From Meridianimarinicoccus sp. (GTDB lineage Bacteria > Pseudomonadota > Alphaproteobacteria > Rhodobacterales > Rhodobacteraceae): a stretch of DNA of 64,000 nucleotides. The notes below the pieces were generated by a model. That model had not been told where the DNA came from, searched no databases, and worked only from the letters and a program-made list of their open reading frames with translations. The stretch is taken from assembly GCA_036770665.1 (NCBI GenBank), contig DAIPIS010000002.1, forward strand, positions 1,620-65,619. Reading direction: 5' to 3'. A program made the position numbers and the translations under genes. Below are positions 57,728 through 64,000 of the stretch, one piece after another; within the stretch, counting starts at the first letter, position 1, and each line of letters starts with the position of its first letter.

Positions 57728-59010
57728 CGGCGCTGTGGCTGGGGATCGACCTTGGCACCTCCGGCGTGCGGTCGGCGGTGCTGGACGGCGCGGACCGACT
57801 GGTCGCCACGGCGCGCGCGCCCTACGGGCCGGACCCCGACGACCGCCGCGATCCTGCCTGCTGGCGCACGGCGGTCGCGGCATGCCTTGACGCCCAGATG
57901 GCAGCCCTGCGCGCGGCGGGCGCAGCGCCCCACGACATCACCGGGATCGCGGTCGATGGCACCTCGGGCAGTCTTCTCCTGACCGATGGCGCGCTGACGC
58001 CCGTGACCCGCGCGCTGATGTATGACGACGCGGGCTTCACGGCGGAAGCGGACCGCATCGCCGCCGTGGCCCCCGCCGCCCATGTGGCGCGCGGGCCGGG
58101 ATCGGCGCTGGCCCGTGCCCTGCATCTTCTGGCCGATGACGCCGCGGGCCGGGCCCGCCACCTTCTGCATCAGGCGGATGTCGTCGCGGGTTGGCTCATG
58201 GGACGGGGCGGGCTGACCGACGTGAACAACGCGCTCAAGACCGGCATCGATCCGGCCACGGGGCGCTGGCCCGACTGGGTGACCGGGCTTTTTCCCGACC
58301 CCACGCTGCTGCCGGTGGCGCACCGGCCCGGCGCGCCGCTGGCCCCCGTCGCGCGCGACATCGCGGCGCGTTTCGGGCTGTCGCAGGCCGCCATGGTGCA
58401 CGCGGGCACCACCGACAGCATCGCCGCCTTTCTTGCCGCCGCAGACCCGGTGCCGGGTGCTGCGGTGACCTCGCTCGGCACCACGCTGGCGGTGAAGCTG
58501 TGTTCGGACACGCGCATCGACGCGCCGGAGCTTGGCCTTTATGCGCACCGGCTAGGGAATGGCTGGCTGGTCGGCGGCGCGTCGAACACCGGCGGCGGCG
58601 TGCTGCGCAGCCTGTTCCCGGATGCCGCGCTGGCCGCGCTGTCGGCCCGCATCGACCCCGCGGTCGAAAGCCCCTGCGACTTCTACCCGCTCCTGCGCCC
58701 CGGCGAACGATTCCCGGTCAACGACCCGGCGCTGGCCCCGCGCCTTGCGCCGCGCCCGAAGGATGACGTCGCGTTCCTGCACGGCGTGCTGGAAAGCATC
58801 GCCCGGATCGAACGAAACGCCTATGACGTCATGGTCGGGCTGGGCGCGCCGCGTCCGGCGCGGATCGTCACGGCGGGGGGCGGGGCTGCGAACCCGGCCT
58901 GGACGGCGATCCGCGCGCGGGTGCTGGGCGTGCCGGTCACGGTCGCGGCCACGCCCGAAGCCGCGGTCGGTGCCGCGCGGCTGGCCCGAGGCGCGCCGAT
59001 CGGGGCATGA
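57724..59010 (+). CDS. FGGY family carbohydrate kinase (ribulokinase/xylulokinase-like)
   Basis: GIDLGTSG, DGTSG, HQAD, NNALKTG, GTTDSIAA, SLGTT, GGASNTGG, GERFP, GGGA.N. Confidence 0.88.
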   Translation: MTALWLGIDLGTSGVRSAVLDGADRLVATARAPYGPDPDDRRDPACWRTAVAACLDAQMAALRAAGAAPHDITGIAVDGTSGSLLLTDGALTPVTRALMYDDAGFTAEADRIAAVAPAAHVARGPGSALARALHLLADDAAGRARHLLHQADVVAGWLMGRGGLTDVNNALKTGIDPATGRWPDWVTGLFPDPTLLPVAHRPGAPLAPVARDIAARFGLSQAAMVHAGTTDSIAAFLAAADPVPGAAVTSLGTTLAVKLCSDTRIDAPELGLYAHRLGNGWLVGGASNTGGGVLRSLFPDAALAALSARIDPAVESPCDFYPLLRPGERFPVNDPALAPRLAPRPKDDVAFLHGVLESIARIERNAYDVMVGLGAPRPARIVTAGGGAANPAWTAIRARVLGVPVTVAATPEAAVGAARLARGAPIGA

Positions 59011-59067
59011 CCCGCACCGTCCGAAGCCACCAGACCGCCAAAACCGCCAACCCAGGCGGGGACCTTG

Positions 59068-59102
59068 GGGGCCATGGGGGCGATGGGGGCCATGGGGGCA
59101 TG
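59068..59102. repeat. Short tandem repeat, 9-bp unit GC(C/G)ATGGGG (about 3.5 copies)
   Basis: ggg gccatgggg gcgatgggg gccatgggg gcatg in the kinase-imelysin intergenic region. Confidence 0.7.
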
Positions 59103-59176
59103 CGACCCGCGCCCGAACCGACCCACCCGCCGCCGCATAGCGCCCCCATGCCGCAGGTATAGGACACTTGCCATTT

Positions 59177-59193
59177 CAGACTGTTTCCGTCAG
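59177..59193. promoter_or_regulatory. Iron-Rhodo-box-like site
   Basis: CAGACTGTTTCCGTCAG versus recalled consensus CTGActrawtyagTCAG (14/17), within the imperfect palindrome TTTCAGAC...GTCAGAAA upstream of the imelysin operon. Confidence 0.6.
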
Positions 59194-59385
59194 AAATTCG
59201 ACAGGCCCGCGAGGGCCATGACGGATGCAACATCGACAGACCCCAGCCAAACAGGCGCACCGTGATGCCCGGCCCCATCGGTCGCCCCGCCACACGCGCT
59301 GTCCAGCCCGGTTCTTCCAGTCTTCGGTGCCGCGCCACCTGCCCGGTCGCGCCGCCCGGAACCGGACCAACACGAGGACACGCAC

Positions 59386-60660
59386 ATGATCCGGACAATC
59401 CTGACCACCACCGCGCTGGCCGCAGGGCTTGCCGCAGGGCTGGCCGTCGCCGCCCAGGCGCATACGCCTGCCGAGGTGCTTGACACCTATGCCGACATCG
59501 CCGCGGCGAAATACGACGACAGCCTGATCGCCGCCCGCGCGCTGCAAGACGCCGTCACGACCCTGATCGACGCGCCCTCCGCCGAAGCGTTGCAGGCGGC
59601 CCGCGCCGCGTGGCTGCGCGCCCGCGTGCCCTATCAACAGACCGAGGTGTTCCGGTTCGGCAATCCCATCGTGGACGACTGGGAAGGCCGCGTGAACGCC
59701 TGGCCGCTGGACGAAGGGCTGATCGACTATGTGGACGGCGCCTCTGGCGGCCCGACCGACGAAAACCGGCTCGCTGCGCTGAACGTGATCGCCACCCCGT
59801 CCTTCACCCTGTCGGGCACCGAGATCGACGCGACCGAGATCACGCCAGCGCTGCTGCAGGACACCCTGCACGAAGTGGACGGGATCGAGGCGAACGTGGC
59901 CACCGGCTATCACGCCGTCGAGTTCCTGCTCTGGGGGCAGGACCTGAACGGGCACGGCCCGGGCGCGGGCAACCGGCCCTGGACCGATTACGTCACGGGC
60001 GACGACTGCACCAACGGAAATTGCGACCGGCGGGCGGCGTATCTGGCCACGGCCACCGGCCTGCTGGTCGATGATCTCGCGTGGATGGCCGCGCAATGGG
60101 CCGCGGATGGCGACGCCCGCGCGACACTGATGGACGACCCGCAGGCGGGCCTGTCGGCGATGCTGACCGGCATGGGCAGCCTGTCCTATGGCGAAACGGC
60201 GGGGGAACGGATGCGCCTCGGCCTGATGCTGAACGACCCCGAAGAGGAACACTCCTGCTTCGCAGACAACACCCACAACGACCATTTCTACAACGGCGTG
60301 GGCATCCGGTCCGTGTATCTGGGCCGCTACGTCCGCAGCGATGGCACCGAGGTCGCGGGACCGTCCCTGTCGGATCTGGTCGCCGCCGCCGATCCCGCAC
60401 TCGATGCCGAAATGCGGACGCGGCTGGCGGACGCCGTGCTGGCCCTTGGCCGGATCAAGACCGCCGCCGAAGCGGGCTTCGCCTATGACCAGATGCTCGC
60501 GCGCGGCGACGCGGGTGGCGAGGCGCTCATCATGGGCGGGGTGGACGCGCTGATCGCGCAGACCCGGTCGATCGAACGGGTCGTGACGGCGCTCGATCTG
60601 GGCGGCATCGCGATCGAAGGGTCGGACAGTCTCGACAACCCGTCCGCCGTCTTCCAGTAA
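59386..60660 (+). CDS. Imelysin family (peptidase M75 / IrpA-like) iron-regulated periplasmic protein
   Basis: Signal peptide, NAWPLDEGLIDYV, TGYHAVEFLLWGQD (HxxE), EEEHSCFADNT. Confidence 0.92.
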   Translation: MIRTILTTTALAAGLAAGLAVAAQAHTPAEVLDTYADIAAAKYDDSLIAARALQDAVTTLIDAPSAEALQAARAAWLRARVPYQQTEVFRFGNPIVDDWEGRVNAWPLDEGLIDYVDGASGGPTDENRLAALNVIATPSFTLSGTEIDATEITPALLQDTLHEVDGIEANVATGYHAVEFLLWGQDLNGHGPGAGNRPWTDYVTGDDCTNGNCDRRAAYLATATGLLVDDLAWMAAQWAADGDARATLMDDPQAGLSAMLTGMGSLSYGETAGERMRLGLMLNDPEEEHSCFADNTHNDHFYNGVGIRSVYLGRYVRSDGTEVAGPSLSDLVAAADPALDAEMRTRLADAVLALGRIKTAAEAGFAYDQMLARGDAGGEALIMGGVDALIAQTRSIERVVTALDLGGIAIEGSDSLDNPSAVFQ

Positions 60661-60720
60661 GCCCGGCCCGCGGTTGGCGCGGCCGACCCGCGCCACCCCT
60701 GCCTTTCCGGAGTGCCCGCC

Positions 60721-62298
60721 ATGCGATCCGTCCTGCGCTGCCTGCTGCCCGTGGCCATCGCCGTCCTGCCCGCGACCCTGACCGCCACCATGCCGACCGT
60801 CACGCGTGCCGCGCCACCGGACGCGCCGCCATGGGCGGGGCTTGCGGATGTGCATCTGGACGTGATCCCGCGCACCGACGCCGAACGCGCACGCATCCGC
60901 GCCGTCACCGCGCTGCCGACCGATTTCACGGCACCCTGGGCCTTCGAAGAGAACGCGGGCGGGGCGCAGACGGTGCGGGCGCGCGACACCGCCGACGCCT
61001 TTTCCCAGCCCGCCGCCAACCTGAGCTTCGCGCAGCAACTCGATTTCCGGGTCGGCAACGGGATGTTCACGCGGATCTGGGTGTCGGCCCCGGCCTCCAC
61101 CCTCGCCTCGGACGGGCTCGGGCCGCTCTACAACGCGCGGGCCTGCCAGCGCTGCCACCTGAAGGACGGGCGCGGCCATCCGCCCGCAGGCCCCGATGAT
61201 ACCGCCGTGTCGATGTTCCTGCGCATTTCGGTACCCGCCCCGGACATGGTCGAAACCGCCCGCTACATCGCGGGAACCCATGCGACCGCGCCGGACCCGG
61301 TCTATGGCAAGCAGTTGCAGGATTTCAGCCTGCCCGGCCATGCGCCCGAGGCGCGCATGCACATCGACCACCAGGACGTCACCGTGGCCCTGTCGGGGGG
61401 CGAGGTCGCGACCCTGCGCCGCCCGACCTACACCGCCGCCGATCCGGGCTATGGGCCGCTGCACCCGGACGCGATGCTCAGCCCGCGCGTGGCCCCGCAG
61501 ATGATCGGCATGGGCCTGCTGGAAGCGATCCCGGCCGAGGACATCCTCGCCTGGGCCGATCCGGACGACGCGGACGGCGACGGTATCTCCGGCAATCCGC
61601 AGATCGTGTGGTCCGCCGTGCACGACCAGCCCATGCTGGGCCGCTTCGGACACAAGGCGGGCAACCCATCGGTGCTGGAACAGACCGCCAGCGCCTTCGC
61701 GGGCGACATGGGGATCTCCAACCCGATCCACCCGGCGGGGTCCGGCGACTGCACCGACGCGCAGACCGCCTGCATCGGCGCCCGGCACGGCGGCGACGCG
61801 CAGCAGGGCGGGTTCGAGATCGACCAGATCGGGCTCGACCTCGTGACCTTCTACAGCCGGACGCTTGCGGTGCCCGCCCGGCGCGACGTGGACGACCCGC
61901 AGGTTCTGCGCGGACGCGCGGTGTTCCATGACACCGGCTGTGCGGCCTGCCACCGGCCGAACTACGTCACCCACCGGCTGGCGGGCGACGATCCGGCCAG
62001 CTTCCAGTTGATCTGGCCCTATACCGACCTTCTGCTGCACGACATGGGCGAGGGGCTCGCCGACAACCGCCCCGAGGGGCGGGCGAACGGGCGCGAATGG
62101 CGCACGGCCCCGCTCTGGGGGATCGGGATGACGCAAACGGTATCGGGGCACACGTATTTCCTGCACGATGGTCGCGCCCGGTCGCTGCTGGAGGCTGTCC
62201 TGTGGCACGGCGGCGAAGCGCAGCCCGCCCGCGACCGCGTGGTGGAGATGCCGCCCGAAGACCGCGCCGCCCTGATCCGCTACCTGGAAAGCCTGTGA
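60721..62298 (+). CDS. Di-heme oxidoreductase family protein (DUF1111)
   Basis: DGLGPLYN..CQRCH and GCAACH heme motifs, GRFG.KA, YTDLLLHDMG, WRTAPLWG, HDGRAR. Confidence 0.9.
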   Translation: MRSVLRCLLPVAIAVLPATLTATMPTVTRAAPPDAPPWAGLADVHLDVIPRTDAERARIRAVTALPTDFTAPWAFEENAGGAQTVRARDTADAFSQPAANLSFAQQLDFRVGNGMFTRIWVSAPASTLASDGLGPLYNARACQRCHLKDGRGHPPAGPDDTAVSMFLRISVPAPDMVETARYIAGTHATAPDPVYGKQLQDFSLPGHAPEARMHIDHQDVTVALSGGEVATLRRPTYTAADPGYGPLHPDAMLSPRVAPQMIGMGLLEAIPAEDILAWADPDDADGDGISGNPQIVWSAVHDQPMLGRFGHKAGNPSVLEQTASAFAGDMGISNPIHPAGSGDCTDAQTACIGARHGGDAQQGGFEIDQIGLDLVTFYSRTLAVPARRDVDDPQVLRGRAVFHDTGCAACHRPNYVTHRLAGDDPASFQLIWPYTDLLLHDMGEGLADNRPEGRANGREWRTAPLWGIGMTQTVSGHTYFLHDGRARSLLEAVLWHGGEAQPARDRVVEMPPEDRAALIRYLESL

Positions 62299-63293
62299 TG
62301 CGCCCGATCTCCCTTGCCGCCGCGCTGTGGATTGCAGCACTTCCGGCGCGGGCCGATGTGGACGCCGTGCTCGACCGGCACATCCTGCCGGGATTCGCCG
62401 CTTTCGCCGATGCCGCCGCCGCACTGGCCGCCACCGCCGCCGCCGATTGCACCGCCACGGCCCTGCGCCCCGCGCTGGATGCGGCCTTCGACGCCTGGGT
62501 ACCGGTGGGCGACCTGCGGGTCGGTCCATCGGAAACCGGCGCGCTGTCCATTGCCTTCTGGCCCGACCCGCGGGGCGTCACCCGGCGCACGCTGGCGCGA
62601 CTGGTGGCCGAGGCTGATCCGGTCGCGGACGACGTCGCGGGCTACGCCGATGTGTCCATCGCGGCGCGCGGGCTCTTCGCGCTGGAAATGCTGATCCACG
62701 ACGCGGATTTCATGGACTTCACGGGCGACGCGGCGGACGGCTACACCTGTCGGCTCGCCGCGACCATCGCCGCCGACATGGACCGGCAGGCCGCGGCGCT
62801 TGACGCCGCGTGGCGCGGCGCTTTCGCCGACACGCTCCGGACCGCCGGGCAGGCGGGGAACATCACCTACCTCGACACGGACGAAGCGCTGCGCGCGATC
62901 TTCACGCAGATCCTGTCCAGCGTCGAATTCACCGCCGACCAGCGGCTGGGCCGACCCATGGGCACGATCGACCGCCCCCGCCCCGCGCTTGCCGAAGCGC
63001 GCCGGTCCGGGCGCAGCCTGCGCCACGTGCTGTTGGCCGCGCAGGCCGGGCACGACATGGCGCTGGCGCTGGCGGGCCGCGACTTGCCTTCCACCTCCGC
63101 TGCCATGGCGCGCGTGCGCGACGCGGCAAGCCGCGTCACCGACCCGGCCTTTGCCGACATGGACGATCCCGGCGCGCGGCTGCGGGTCGAGGTGCTGCAA
63201 CAGGCGGTGCGCAGCCTGCACGACGCCATCGCGACCGAAATCGGGGCACCCATGGGCATGGCACCCGGCTTCAACGCACAGGACGGGGATTGA
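62298..63293 (+). CDS. Imelysin-like protein
   Basis: Signal peptide, FWPDPRG, GLFALE, terminal GFNAQDGD; TGATG overlap with the upstream gene. Confidence 0.85.
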   Translation: MRPISLAAALWIAALPARADVDAVLDRHILPGFAAFADAAAALAATAAADCTATALRPALDAAFDAWVPVGDLRVGPSETGALSIAFWPDPRGVTRRTLARLVAEADPVADDVAGYADVSIAARGLFALEMLIHDADFMDFTGDAADGYTCRLAATIAADMDRQAAALDAAWRGAFADTLRTAGQAGNITYLDTDEALRAIFTQILSSVEFTADQRLGRPMGTIDRPRPALAEARRSGRSLRHVLLAAQAGHDMALALAGRDLPSTSAAMARVRDAASRVTDPAFADMDDPGARLRVEVLQQAVRSLHDAIATEIGAPMGMAPGFNAQDGD

Positions 63294-63297
63294 CGCC

Positions 63298-64000
63298 ATG
63301 ACCACACGCCGGGGCTTCATCGCGTCGCTGCTGGCCGCCGGGGCCGCGCCGCGGCTGGGATGGGCAGCGGTGGGCAACCCGTCCTACCTCGCCGCTGCGC
63401 GGGACACCGGCGGGGCGCATGCGCTTTACGGGCTCGACCGGGCGGGCGACGTCTGTTTCCGGGTGCCACTGCCGGCACGCGGCCATGCGGGCGCTGGCCA
63501 TCCCCACCAAGCCGAAGCCGTCGCCTTTGCGCGCCGCCCGGGCTATTTCGCGCTGGTGATCGATTGCGTCACCGGCATCGTGCGCCACCGGCTTGCACCC
63601 CCCGCGGGACGCCAGTTCAACGGACACGGTGTCTTTGCCCATGACGGCGCGCTGCTCTTGACCGCCGAACAGGCGCAGTGCGACAGCGCCGGCGTGATCG
63701 GGCTGTGGGATGTGGCGGCAGGATACCGTCGCGCCGGCGAATGGCCAAGCGGCGGGATCGGGCCGCACGACATCCGGCTGATGCCCGGCGGGGCCGCGCT
63801 GGCGGTGGCCAACGGCGGCATAGCCACGGACGCCACCGACCGCACCAAATTGAACATCGCGACGATGCGACCGACCCTCGCCTACCTCGATCTGTCGGGC
63901 AAGGTGCTGGACCGGGTGGCGATCGACGCCGACCTGCACCGCAACTCGATCCGCCACCTCGCCGTCCGCGGCGACGGTCTGGTGGGGTTCGCGATGCAAT
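63298..64000 (+). CDS. DUF1513 family protein (Tat-exported beta-propeller), truncated by window end
   Basis: MTTRRGFIASLL Tat motif, LPARGH, FARRPG, FNGHG, GIGPHD, VANGGI, NSIRHL; no stop before 64000. Confidence 0.85.
   Translation, partial: MTTRRGFIASLLAAGAAPRLGWAAVGNPSYLAAARDTGGAHALYGLDRAGDVCFRVPLPARGHAGAGHPHQAEAVAFARRPGYFALVIDCVTGIVRHRLAPPAGRQFNGHGVFAHDGALLLTAEQAQCDSAGVIGLWDVAAGYRRAGEWPSGGIGPHDIRLMPGGAALAVANGGIATDATDRTKLNIATMRPTLAYLDLSGKVLDRVAIDADLHRNSIRHLAVRGDGLVGFAMQ

Noticed and set aside
59218..59265. Tiny ORF MTDATSTDPSQTGAP downstream of the iron box, considered as hemP
   Set aside because: Only 15 codons and lacks the HemP Y.LR.T..GKLILTK motif
2216..63999. Many very long alternative-frame or antisense ORFs (e.g. 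13326..16433, 16676..19444, 26939..30016, 34736..37624, 39528..43262, 50553..54122, 59176..62529)
   Set aside because: Typical high-GC shadow ORFs opposite well-supported genes; no domain motifs
1..64000. Mobile elements, prophage, tRNA or rRNA genes
   Set aside because: No transposase, integrase or phage motifs, terminal inverted repeats, cloverleaf or rRNA-like sequence seen by eye; a covariance-model scan would be needed to exclude small ncRNAs

Overview
High-GC alphaproteobacterial DNA, most likely Rhodobacteraceae/Roseobacter group (inferred from gene content and regulatory motifs). The window is densely coding, and I saw no rRNA, tRNA, CRISPR array, transposase or integrase. In order it holds: (1) two small membrane ORFs, a short DsLOV-like blue-light sensor and yaeQ; (2) a type II NADH dehydrogenase fused to a C-terminal cyclic-nucleotide-binding domain; (3) a CopG regulator plus PHB-depolymerase-family esterase; (4) a LacI-linked sulfoacetate desulfonation operon (sauS-sauT-TTT transporter-xsc-pta-soeABC) whose tctB is frameshifted in a C7 run; (5) a stress islet (APH/AAA kinase, DksA-like gene with an FnrL box, csbD with an EcfG-type promoter); (6) an RND pump pair; (7) a second TTT transporter with class V aminotransferase, FAD/Fe-S oxidase and GntR; (8) yhaO/yhaN-like nuclease-ATPase, mmsB and modE-modABC; (9) an uncharacterised GntR-linked sugar catabolic cluster (CUT1 ABC importer, Tm-1-like protein, two class II aldolase-fold enzymes, lactonase-like MBL, HAD, FGGY kinase) with an identical 17-bp motif in both promoter regions; (10) an imelysin/di-heme/imelysin/DUF1513 iron locus with an Iron-Rhodo-box-like site, running off the window end. 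The best candidates for undescribed biology are the sugar cluster and the NDH-2/cNMP fusion. All functional calls come from motif recognition by eye; no database searches were run.
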